Below are positions 25,317 to 36,787 of a stretch of DNA of 64,000 nt, piece by piece. The position numbers and the translations under genes are program-made. The stretch is from Octopus vulgaris (taxonomy: Eukaryota). The DNA is taken from NCBI GenBank assembly GCA_951406725.2, contig OX597816.1, positions 434,001 through 498,000 of the forward strand. The letters run 5' to 3'. Every line of letters starts with the position of its first letter. Position 1 is the first letter of the stretch. The notes beneath the pieces are model-generated. The model did not search any database. It was not told the DNA's origin and worked only from the letters and a program-made list of their open reading frames with translations.

Positions 25317-27216
25317 GAACACGAGAAAATAAACAGAGAGAGAATAAAAAGAGAATGCTTTAGTAGCTATACGCACACACACACACGATAGCTTCTTTCA
25401 GTTTCCATCTTCCAAATCCAATCACAAGGGACTGGTGAGCATGAAGCTCTAGTAAAAGACACTTGTCAAAGGTGTCACACAATGGGACTGAACCCTCTCC
25501 CTCTTTATTCCTCCTATCTTAAGTCTCTTTACACACACACTAAAAGACTACTTTCTCTCTCTCAAAGACTACTCTTTTGGCAACCATGAATCCTGGCCAT
25601 AAACTACTGGTGTTTAGGAACAAAACCCTTCAGTTCCTCTGACTTAAAGTTTCTCTTTCTCATTCCATTAGGGTTGTCTACTCTATTGGCAGCAGGGAGA
25701 ATTTGGAATTTAGCTGATAATCATCAGATCTGACGAAGCTATTCTGCCTTGCCATTCTCTGAACTGATCTTCCTTGGTCCCTTCAATGCACACACCTCTT
25801 TCTGGCATTCCCATTCCTCATACTTCAATGCTGTTTGGTAGAGCCAAATTATTTATCACTCTCAACAGTCTACAGTAGTTATTATGAAAAGCATCATCCT
25901 ATACCATCAATGATCCATTCTGGCATGGGTTGGACCATTTGACAGGATGCAACGGGTCTAAGGACTCCATCATTCTGCAATGTCTACTTTGGCATGGTTT
26001 CTGTGCTTGAATGCCATACTTAACACTCACCACTTTACACAATGTATTGGGTACTTGTTTTGTGACACCAAAGGGATTGCCATGCAGCTTGCAAGATAAC
26101 AAATCCAGAGAGGAACAGCTTAAAGCTGGGAGATAAGGGATTAAAGTATTAGAGAAGGCAGAAGAACAGAGGAGGTTTCTTGTTGTAGTTGAGGAGCTAC
26201 ATGACTACTCGGATTTTAGAAGAGAGGAGGGTGGCAGTGATCAGGGTGGAGTGGGGAAGAGATAAAAATAGCAGGAGTGAAGTAACTTTATGGGTCCTTA
26301 ATGTAGGCAGTGAGTGGAAGTGGAAATAGAAGAATCAAGAGATCGCTAGAGTGTAAAGTAGTACAAGGGAAGAGGAATGGGTGAGAGGTGAATAGAATGA
26401 AGGAAAAAGGACAGTCTACATTTACCCATGACCAACACATTGACCCCGTAAGTTCTGTTAACCTCTTCCTCATCTTCAAACATAGCCTTTTGTCAACGAT
26501 TCTGAATAATCATCATACCACACATCATCTTAATGTTTCATCTAAACCCCTCTTAGTATGTGACTACTCTTCATATAAAATATGATTTGGCTCCAACTCA
26601 TCTGAAAGAGCTAAGTGGGTGACCAAAACCATTTTTCTAGACATTCTTCATTGCATCCATCACTCAACTAAAGGAAAACCCAACGCAGTTAAAGAACACT
26701 GCCCACACACCAGGGAGCAAGTCACCCCCTATCACCAACTGATAAGTATTTTCCACATCTGTAATGCTTGCTACACAACCATCAGAAAAGCGAAAAACAC
26801 CTTATGTTTAGAGTATAACCTGCAAGCTTTCTGCTCTTCTTAACATCAGCAGAGCCATCTGTTAATGCCAAGTCTAAGACTAAATGATGAACAAAAACAG
26901 ACACCACATACTTATACAAATAGTGGTATTATCATATTATATTACTACATATGTGACTTTCAGAAGAGCATAAAATCTAATATTTTGAGGTGCTGTAGCA
27001 AGTATTCTCAAAACATGACTCATTTCCTGTTCAGAAATATCTCAAAAATGAATGCGTATAAATATCTGTGTGTGTGTGTGTACAAAATTCAAAATTTGAT
27101 AAGTGGCCATGCATGAAACGCTCAGCTTTTGAGTCACTTTGTAACTTCTGCTGATTAAAAATAATATATATATTCATATTTTGAATTCTACTTGTGCTGT
27201 CATCCTGTACTGCCAA

Positions 27217-27257
<41 letters not shown>

Positions 27258-27859
27258 ATCTTTGCTGATATATCTCCTCGTTTCTCCCTCCACCTCCTCA
27301 CTTTCATTACTTTTACTTCTATCACCTTCACCCCCCCCCCCTCTCCCTATGTTATTCCCATTCTCAAATCCTGCTGCCTGAAACAAATGAAAACAACACT
27401 GAGTAGTGGAAACCCTTTCATCCTGCAGGGGACAAAGTAACCTTACTAGAGCTGGGGCCATCATAGAATGCACTCCCTACAGCCTGTTAAGTGGGTGGCA
27501 TTAAGAAGGGCATGCAATCAGAAACAATACAAAAAAATGCAAAGCATGGCTGAAATACGGTCCCCAACCTATCCAAAATGGGCAGGAGCTGCTAAAAAGA
27601 TCTTACTTGGACCAGGACAAACTACCCAATCCATGGCAGTATGAAAAGTGGACATAAAATCAGGACAAAGAGGATATTACATAAAAATACAATTAATATT
27701 TAAAGGCGGTGCTCCAGCATGGCCACAGTCAAATGACTGAAACAAATAAAAGAGTAATATATTCAAATTTGAGAAGAATTAGTGAAATATGTCCTTACAA
27801 TCTTAATTTATCACAAAGGCATATTTTAGATTTGATTAAGAGCAATAATTAAATCTTAA

Positions 27860-28080
27860 CCCTTTCGTTACTGTATTTCTGTTGAGATGCTCTGTGTTTC
27901 ATTCAATTAATTTAAATATAACAAAGAATTTAGTAAAAGAACTTAGTTATCATTAAGCTAGTGTTGGGAACATAGATTGTGACTAAGGTTTGGTGGAAGA
28001 TTTTAATTCAATACTTTTGGAAACAAGACATCTGTACTACAGAGTCAGAGGTGGTTTTGGCTGGGCTGGTATCAAAAGGG
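27860..28080. mobile_element. piggyBac MITE
   Basis: TTAA|CCCTTTCGTTAC ... GTATCAAAAGGG|TTAA. Same family at 41760-41961 and 49174-49383, with degenerate copies near 11000-11200, 28570-28775, 52400-52561, 62128 and 63000. Confidence 0.8.
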
Positions 28081-28871
28081 TTAAAGATAGGTTTTGTAAA
28101 TGAATGAAATGGGTATGAAAGTTTGCAGATAATGAAATGTTTTGGAAGAGTGTAGGAGTTCACATCAAGTATTGTGAAATAATAAAAGAAATAATGAGGG
28201 AAGCTTCTAATGTTTGAGGGAGAGTTAATCTCTTATATATCTTGCATGAATAACACATCTACAAAGAAAAGTAGCAACAAATGTCTACAAACTAACAACA
28301 CATTATCACATGCTAGCAATTGCTATTAATGCGTTCTTACAAGCTAGCAATGAATTATTGCAAGCTAGCAATTGCTTGCAACAAACTATTGTAAACTAAC
28401 AATTACTAGCATGTAATAGTTTATTGCTAACAATTGCTACCTTGTAGTATTGAACAGAGGTTCAATCAACCCCTGTAAATGGTTGATTTACCCAAAATCT
28501 ATAATGAATTGGTAAAATCATTGGTTGTTCCATCACATTATAAGAAGCTGTCTGCTTATTTCTAGAAACTTTTGTGACCATATTTCAGTTGAAATACCTT
28601 GCCTTCATTTCAAATAATTTTGAAAATAATGAAGGATTTAGTACAATAACTTTACTGTTATGAAACTAGTGTTTGGAACATAAATCAACCTGAAATTTTG
28701 ATGGAAGGTGTTAATTTAAGTCAATTTGTATCAGAGAACCGACAACAGTCTTGGGCTGGTTGGTATCAAAAGAGTTAATGCACTATTTATGTGCTTCAAC
28801 TTGAAAAATATACATTGAGTAAAATAAACATGTACCAGTTAGTTTGTATAGGTAATAAAAGTATGTCATAC

Positions 28872-29093
28872 CTGTGTAATTAAATACAAGGCATTGGTTT
28901 TTATTACGATCAAAGTAATATGCTTCATAGGTTTCATGGCAGTATCCAGGGTCAGCAGGCCAGACGTAAGGATTGATCCAGGTTTCACAGAGAGTACCAC
29001 TGAAGGGTGCTGGACATAGACATTTGAACGTGCCATTTGATTCGTTTCCAACACATGATCCAGCATGTTTACAAGGTGAACTGCTACATGGCT
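28872..29093 (-). CDS. Exon: EGF-like domain and N-terminal two-thirds of a Kunitz/BPTI domain
   Basis: catttgtag|AG ... ACA G|gtatga. PCSSSPCKHAGSCVGNESNGTFKCLCPAPFSGTLCE (six-Cys EGF), then YVWPADPGYCHETYEAYYFDRNKNQCLVFNYTG (Kunitz). Confidence 0.92.
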
Positions 29094-29849
29094 CTACAAA
29101 TGAAAATAATATGGTAAATCATCATCATCATCGTTTAGCATCCGCTTTCCATGCTGGCATGGGTTGGACGGTTCAACTGGGGTCTGGGAAGCCAGAAGGC
29201 TGCACCAGGCCAGTCAGATCTGGCAGTGTTTCTACGGCTGGATGCCCTTCCTAACGCCAACCACTCCGCGAGTGTAGTGGGTGCTTTTTATGTGCCACCC
29301 ACACAGGCGCCAGACGGTGCTGGCAAATGGCCACAAACGGATGGTGCTTTTACGTGCCACCGGCACGGAGGCCAGGCGAGGCTGGCAACGGCCACGAACG
29401 GATGGTGCTTTTATGTGCCACTGGCATGGGGGCCAGGCGAGGCTGGCAACGGACACGAACAGATGGCACGGAGGCCAGTTGGGGCGGCACTGGCAACGGC
29501 CACAATCGGATGGTTCGGTTACTTGTCACTGGCACTGGTATCACAGCCGCAATTTCCATTGATGTTGATCGACTTCGATTTTGGTTCTGCTTTCTGATAT
29601 CTGATTTGATTTTGATTTTGATTTTTTGATGTTTTTTTTTTAATAACACTTGTATATATACACACACACACACACTTATATTATCATCATCAAAACACGT
29701 GATAAAAATGTGAAGAGACTGGAACAGATTTGAAAAAGCAACCAACAAGACAACCAAGGCTCTACGCGTTTCAGTCTTACAGAGCACACGGCATTTAGCT
29801 CATAAGCAAGCAGCTGCTGTAAGGTTGCCCTGAGAGAGTGTTCACTGAA

Positions 29850-30610
29850 TTCTCCCTTTTGAATTAAAATTTCTTCTGTACAAGCAGCAGATCATGCAAG
29901 AACTGAAGGAGAATGATCACTAATTGTGATTAGAATTCTGTCGTAAAGTTATGGAAAACAAACAAAAGCAAATTTCTGGACAAGCTGTGGATGTCAAATG
30001 ATGCCCATTGTCATCTCACAGGTTATATGAAGAAGCAGAACTATCATTACTGGGCAGACAGCAACCCTAAAGAACTTCGTGAATGCCTTTAACACAGCAG
30101 CAAGATGACAGTATGGTGTGCAGTTTTGCCACATGGGGTCATCGGATCTTAGTTTTTCGAAAGTGAATAGGGGATCACAATGACTGTCCCCTCAGATCAA
30201 TATGTTGAGATGCTGCAATCTTTTGTTGCACCTGTATTAAACAATTTTCTGCAACTTCATGAAGTCTGGTTTCCACAGAATATTCTGACATCACACACAA
30301 GGCAGTCAATAAAAGCTGTGTGAGATTTGTTCAGTAATCATGTCATCTCAAGATTCAGTGACATATTTGACCCCCACACCAAGATCATTGGATTTGTCCT
30401 TTTGTGATCTTTTCTTGTGGGGCTATCTAAAGAGTTGGGTCTATATGGCTCAGCCAAGGACACTGGATGTGAAACAAAGAATTCAAGGTGAAATTCATGG
30501 TATATCACCTGAGTTATTGCACCAAGCAATGAGGAGCCTCAACAGCAGATTGGCAGAATGTACACATAGAGGAGAACATCTACAAGATGCAATTTTCAGA
30601 CATTAATATT
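29850..30610 (+). mobile_element. Tc1/mariner transposase relic, DD41D (rosa/VS)-like
   Basis: Remnants of LWMS..AH.HL.GY..KQN..YW, TVWC and PRSLDLSFCDLFLWGYLKSWVY...PRTL...GEHL; frameshifted. Confidence 0.7.
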
Positions 30611-30949
30611 TTGGATTTCTGATTTTTAAAAGCAAGTTGTTTAATTTCTGTCAATAAATATTTCTGGTAGGATTTGGATTTTTCCTATTTTTGTTGGGTT
30701 TTTCAACATTATTCATTATCAGGATGTTTGCATGGAAGACTTAATCTTCATTGCAAATTAGGGTGAAGTAAAATCTCTGCTATCAGCGAGAGTTGAACTT
30801 ACAACTTTTAGCATAATACTTATGTTAAAACACAATTTTCACACACATACACACACAAAATTTTAATTAATTTTCCTTTATATTTTTGCAATTGTTCTAA
30901 ATCATGTATTTTGCTTTTTGGGATTTTGCTAGAAGAATAAAAACCATAC

Positions 30950-30998
30950 CTGAACAACCAGGAATATCAGCCCTCACTTTGCAATCAGGTTTTCCTTC
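30950..30998 (-). CDS. Micro-exon: vWC continuation (EGKPDCKVRADIPGCS)
   Basis: ttttattag|GAA ... TCA G|gtatgg; phase 0 to 1 links the vWC exon to the EGF exon. Confidence 0.8.
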
Positions 30999-31258
30999 CT
31001 AATAAAATTAAAATAATGCAAACATCATATTAGTCAACAACTTAAAAACAAACAACATTAAACGTTTAATTTGTAAACTACATCCAAAAAGGTTACAGAA
31101 TTTGTTAATGTTGTATCCTATATCAGCTAATTATCATTGTATATCATAATATATAATAAATCAGTGGTTCCAAATATGACCAATACTGCCTTCTAAAATA
31201 GAAGATTGAGATTATTTAAACAGAGTGTTGCAGAACAAGAAATGTTGTCTCAACATAC

Positions 31259-31390
31259 CTGACAGTGACATAGAGTACAGGTGTCTGGTTGCCATGTTTC
31301 TTTGTCACCAAACGTTTTGCCATTGTACGTACATTTTGGGAGGCATTCACAGGTTTCCAGTTGTGCAATATGCTGTGCCATTTTAGTGTT
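31259..31390 (-). CDS. Exon: end of coiled coil and start of vWC domain (NTKMAQHIAQLETCECLPKCTYNGKTFGDKETWQPDTCTLCHCQ)
   Basis: ttcctttag|AAC ... CAG|gtatgt; classic vWC start CxxxGxxxxxxxxWxPDxCxxCxC. Confidence 0.9.
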
Positions 31391-31510
31391 CTAAAGGAAA
31401 ATATTAATAAAATTATTAAAAGGAAACTCTTGCTGCTGAAAATAAATATTCAGAATTGTAAATTTCAATCAATTTACTTATGCATAAAAACAACATTAAA
31501 TATACATATA

Positions 31511-31838
31511 TCTCTATATTATAATTCTGAAATGCGAAAAGTTTGTTTGTTTGTCTGGTTTTGGCATTGAGAACGGGTTAAAGGCCACTAGATCCCATCG
31601 GATTGACTCCAAAATTTACAGGGACATGTAAAATGAGGTGAGGATGCCAGTGGGCTAGGTTAGAAATCCGCATCTTAAAAGGTGTCGTTGCTAGGGCCAA
31701 AAACGCACTTTGACAAGTCTACTCCCATTCTTTTATGTATCTGTCTTCCTCCATCACTCACTCTATTTTTATTTTTATGTTTTCATTTATGTTTTTCACT
31801 GTTTGATTTGCCTAATAGTGGTTTTTATCTCTAATTTA

Positions 31839-31878
<40 letters not shown>

Positions 31879-33703
31879 TGATGCCAGCACCACCTCGACT
31901 GGCTTCCGTGCTGGAAGCACATAAAATACACCAATCCGACCGTGGCCGTTGCCAGCCTCGCCTGGCACCTGTGCAGGTGGCACGTAAAAAGCACCCACTA
32001 CACTCACGGAGTGGTTGGTGTTAGGAAGGGCATCAAGCTGTAGAAACATTGCCAGATAAGACTGGAGCCTGGTGCAGCCTTCTGGCTTCCCAGATCCCCG
32101 GTCGAACCGTCCAACCCATGCTAGCATGGAGAACGGACGTTAAACGATGATGATGATGATGATGATTTGTATATATAATGCGTACACGTACACACACACA
32201 CATATATATATAATGCGTATATATATATATATATATATATATAATGTCCGTTGTCCGTTGCCAGCCTCGCCTGGCCCCATGCCGGTGACACGTAAAAGCA
32301 CCATCCGTTCGTGGCCGTTTGCCAGCTCTGTCTGGCACCTGTGCAGGTGGCACGTAAAATGCACCCACTACACTCACGGAGTGGTTGGCGTTAGGAAGGG
32401 CATCCAGCCGTAGAAACACTGCCAAATCTGACTGGGCCTGATGAAGCCTTCCAGCTTCACAGACCCCAGTTGAACCGTCCAACCCATGCTAGCATGGAGA
32501 ACGGACGCTAAATGATGATGATGATGATGATGATGATGTGTGCATTATGTGGTTGGTTGTGCTTGAAAATATGCACACCTATGTTAAAAGTGCTGGCGAG
32601 TTTGCATGGCAACTATTTATTTCCTCAAATGAAAGGCGTGACCTCTAGGACAAAATTCCTCATCTTATAAAATGTGACCCAAGTAGACCCGAATGAAATC
32701 TGGTTATATTAACCAAAATGTGAAAAGGCTTGAAGGGGATTAAAATTTACAGGAGCGGGTGTTTAGGAATTCTCTGTCACATCAAGCTAAAAAATTTGCG
32801 CCTGGCTTTAAATCATCAATGTGTTGCCGTTCATGATGAAGAAGTTTTGAATGCTTGCCATGGTGAGTCTACTGTCGTGAGAAAGAATCACTTCAAAGCT
32901 TGGTGTTTAAGAATTTTCTTTTACATCAAGTTCAAAATTTTACGCCAGCCGTTAAACTGCCACTATGTTACTGTCCGTCATTAAGAAATGCCAGCCATGG
33001 TGACTCTACTATCCTCAGATTCTATCCTTTCAAACTTTGGTTTCCAATATTTTTTTTTATTTTTATTCAGCTCGCAAGTTCGTCTGTCCCTTTTAAATGT
33101 TAATGTTTAGCTTTCTGCCTTGAAGCAGACCTTTCCGTTGTCACTGCCTGATATTTATGATTGATCTTTAAAACTACTTTCTTTCTCAACTTACTCAAGA
33201 TCTTTTGTTGTTTATAAATGGGAGAGAGATAGATAGAGAAAGATAGAGAGTAAGAGAAAGCAAGGGAGAGTCCGAGAGAAAGGAAGAGTAAGAGAGTGGG
33301 AAAGGGAGAGAGAAAGGAGAAACAAAGAGGGAGAATCATCATCATCATCGTTTAATGTCCGTTTTCCATGCTAGCACGGGTTGGACGGTTTGACCAGGGT
33401 CTGGGAAGCCCGGAGACTGCACCAGGCTCCAGTCTGATCTGGCAGTGTTTCTACAGCTGGATGCCCTTCCTAACGCCAACCACTCCGCGATTGTAGTGGG
33501 TGCTTTTTTCGTGCCACTGGGGGAGGGGCACTGGCAGCGGCCACGATCGGTTGGTGCTTTTTACGTGCCACCGGCACAGAAGCCAGTCAAGGCGGCGCTG
33601 CCATCAGCCACATTCGGATGGTGCTTTTTACGTGCCAAAAGGATGCAACAGAAAATAACAACCTCACTCTTACCCGCGCATAGAGCGGGTCACCTTAAGC
33701 TAG
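31511..33703 (+). mobile_element. Non-autonomous Helitron carrying nested RTE 3'-end copies
   Basis: A|TCTCTATATTATAA at the 5' end; subterminal hairpin CCCGCGCATAGAGCGGG, then CTTAAGCTAG|T at the 3' end. Confidence 0.7.
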
Positions 33704-33711
33704 TATATATA

Positions 33712-34659
33712 TAAGCTAGTATCCTGCCTCATTCTTGATTCCGAATTCCTTTTGCCAAGACTGTCCGTAAACGAAGTGATCCCAAGATAAGAAATCCTTG
33801 AACTTTAATTCATCCCGTATTTCTATTTATTAATTATTATTATTATTCTGATCCCCCAAGACGCCACTCTGTTTACTATTTCAGCCTCGCCTCGTTTTTG
33901 CATATTCTGTATAATTCACTAGTTATCGTTATAGATATTTAAGATCTATTCTCCCTTACAGGGCTGATAGAAATTGGCTGCCGATTCTTCGCGCCCTTCT
34001 CTCCCCCTCTTTTTACATTGTCTGTCTGGACTCCTATGCATACTTAAGCTAGTATCCTGCCTCATTCTTGATTCCGAATTCCTTTTGCCAAGACTGTCCG
34101 TAAACGAAGTGATCCCAAGATAAGAAATCCTTGAACTTTAATTCATCCCGTATTTCTATTTATTAATTATTATTATTATTCTGATCCCCCAAGACGCCAC
34201 TCTGTTTACTATTTCAGCCTCGCCTCGTTTTTGCATATTCTGTATAATTCACTAGTTATCGTTATAGATATTTAAGATCTATTCTCCCTTACAGGGCTGA
34301 TAGAAATTGGCTGCCGATTCTTCGCGCCCTTCTCTCCCCCTCTTTTTACATTGTCTGTCTGGACTCCTATGCATACTTAAGCTAGTATCCTGCCTCATTC
34401 TTGATTCCGAATTCCTTTTGCCAAGACTGTCCGTAAACGAAGTGATCCCAAGATAAGAAATCCTTGAACTTTAATTCATCCCGTATTTCTATTTATTAAT
34501 TATTATTATTATTCTGATCCCCCAAGACGCCACTCTGTTTACTATTTCAGCCTCGCCTCGTTTTTGCATATTCTGTATAATTCACTAGTTATCGTTATAG
34601 ATATTTAAGATCTATTCTCCCTTACAGGGCTGATAGAAATTGGCTGCCGATTCTTCGCG
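33712..34659. repeat. Tandem array, 333-bp unit, about 2.85 apparently identical copies
   Basis: TAAGCTAGTATCCTGCCTC at 33712, 34045 and 34378. Confidence 0.95.
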
Positions 34660-34740
34660 GCGCGCCCGCCCTACCCACCCCCACCACCAATACCGAATAT
34701 CTCTATTTTGCTCCAACTATACCGGATGTCGTTTCTCCCA

Positions 34741-35523
34741 CCACCATTATAGGTGTCTACTCTTTGAACCCCCTCTTCAATACGCTATTTCACCATGCAT
34801 TACCCCTCTCTCGATATCCTACGTTCTACTTGCCTAGAACCTGTCCTCTGAACCACCCCTCCCACTGGTGCTCCCCTATATTTCTGCACCCCCCCACCAC
34901 CATTATAGGTGTCTACTCTTTGAAACCCCCTCTTCAATACGCTATTTCACCATGCATTACCCCTCTCTCGATATCCTACGTTCTACTTGCCTAGAACCTG
35001 TCCTCTGAACCACCCCTCCCACTGGTGCTCCCCTATATTTCTGCACCCCCCTCACCACCATTATAGGTGTCTACTCTTTCAACCCCCCTCTTCAATACGC
35101 TATTTCACCATACATTACCCCTCTCTCGATATCCTACGTTCTACTTGCCTAGAACCTGTCCTCTGAACCACCCCTCCCACTGGTGCTCCCCTATATTTCT
35201 GCACCCCCCACCACCATTATAGGTGTCTACTCTTTGAACCCCCCTCTTCAATACGCTATTTCACCATGCATTACCCCTCTCTCGATATCCTACGTTCTAC
35301 TTGCCTAGAACCTGTCCTCTGAACCACCCCCTACCACTGGTGCTCCCCTATATTTCTGCACCCCCCACCACCATTATAGGTGTCTACTATTTGAAGCCCC
35401 CTCTTCAATACGCTATTTCACCATGCATTACCCCTCTCTCGGTATCCTACGTTCTACTTGCCTAGTACCTGTCCTCTGAACCATCCCTCCCACTGGTGCT
35501 CCCCTATATTTCTGCACCCCCCC
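34741..35523. repeat. Tandem array, about 157-bp C-rich unit, 5 copies
   Basis: CATTATAGGTGTCTAC at 34745, 34901, 35059, 35215 and 35372; copies differ mainly in poly-C length. Confidence 0.95.
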
Positions 35524-36061
35524 ATAAAAAGCACCATCCGAACGTGGCCGATGCCAGACCCCTCTGGCACCTGTGCAGGTGGCACGTAAAAAACACCCAC
35601 TACACTCGCGGAGTGGTTGGCGTTAGGAAGGGCATCCAGCTGTAGAAACACTGCCAGACTAGACTGGAGCCTGGGGCAGTCCCGAGCTCCCCAGACCCCG
35701 GTCGAAACCGTCCAACCCGTGCTAGCGCGGAAAACGGACGTTAAATGATGATGATGATGATGATGATGATATATATATATATCAACAATTGAGGGTAAAA
35801 TTAATTAATTAATCAATTTCACCAAGTATTCAGTATACAAAGGGACCATTTAAGGCGAATTCAAATTATTACATTATATAAAAGGGCTTAGTAAAATAAA
35901 TTACTTTGCCGCATACTGAACTCATTAGAAATAGCAGCTAAAAAAACTTTTTAAAACTATCTCCAATACTTAAAGAAAACCTCTCTCATATAGTGTTTGC
36001 TCAATTCAACTCACGGAAGTATGGGGGTAGAGACATTAAAAAATCAAATGCAAAGGTTATT

Positions 36062-36114
36062 TGAGAACGTACGTTTCAAGATTAGCCAAAATCGACACTT
36101 CTATCATCAGCTCA
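36062..36114 (-). ncRNA. Mirror copy of the hammerhead motif (sense to the host pre-mRNA)
   Basis: Exact reverse complement of 36284-36336. Confidence 0.7.
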
Positions 36115-36283
36115 GAACTCCCTGGTTTGGATTTGAAAACACTGAAAGTGGGAGCATACCCTTTCGGCCTGCCATCGCCTCTGAAGATCTGCTCAAAACT
36201 TTTGAGCAGATCTTCAGAGGCGATGGCAGGCCGAAAGGGTATGCTCCCACTTTCAGTGTTTTCAAATCCAAACCAGGGAGTTC

Positions 36284-36336
36284 TGAGCTGATGATAGAAG
36301 TGTCGATTTTGGCTAATCTTGAAACGTACGTTCTCA
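36284..36336 (+). ncRNA. Type I hammerhead ribozyme motif (Penelope-type, palindromic stem III)
   Basis: UGAG-CUGAUGA-uAGAaguGUCGAuuUUGGCuaaUCUu-GAAA-CGUACG-UU-CUCA: intact core, 4-bp stem I, GUU triplet. Confidence 0.7.
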
Positions 36337-36656
36337 AATAACCTTTGCATTTGATTTTTTAATGTCTCTACCCCCATACTTCCGTGAGTTGAATTGAGCA
36401 AACACTATATGAGAGAGGTTTTCTTTAAGTATTGGAGATAGTTTTAAAAAAGTTTTTTTTAGCTGCTATTTCTAATGAGTTCAGTATGCGGCAAAGTAAT
36501 TTATTTTACTAAGCCCTTTTATATAATGTAATAATTTGAATTATATATATATATATATATACACACACATATATATATATATACATACACACACATATAT
36601 ATATATATACATATATATACATATACATACATATACATATATATATATATATATAT

Positions 36657-36715
<59 letters not shown>

Positions 36716-36730
36716 CACACATATATATAT

Positions 36731-36763
<33 letters not shown>

Positions 36764-36787
36764 CACACATATAAATATATATGTATA

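Larger units (their letters stand above)
35858..36542. repeat. Near-perfect 685-bp palindrome (1-nt loop at 36199), probably inverted Penelope pseudo-LTRs
   Basis: Centre GCTCAAAA-C-TTTTGAGC. The only arm differences I found are two homopolymer-length changes. Mirrored ORFs 35997-36341(+) and 36057-36401(-). Confidence 0.95.

Noticed and set aside
28300-28440. Short degenerate GCTAGCAATTGC repeats
   Set aside because: Low-complexity, irregular decayed minisatellite with no further structure.
29755-29790. GCUC-UGUAAGACU-GAAA-CGCG-UA-GAGC hammerhead-like remnant on the minus strand
   Set aside because: Stem I and the palindromic stem III fit, but the CUGANGA box and stem II are missing; too degenerate to call.
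33712-35523. CRISPR-like appearance of regular repeats
   Set aside because: Units are contiguous with no unique spacers, there are no cas genes, and the context is eukaryotic; these are satellites.
35997-36401. Mirror-image 114-aa ORFs on both strands
   Set aside because: A consequence of the palindrome; non-ATG starts and no recognisable protein motif.
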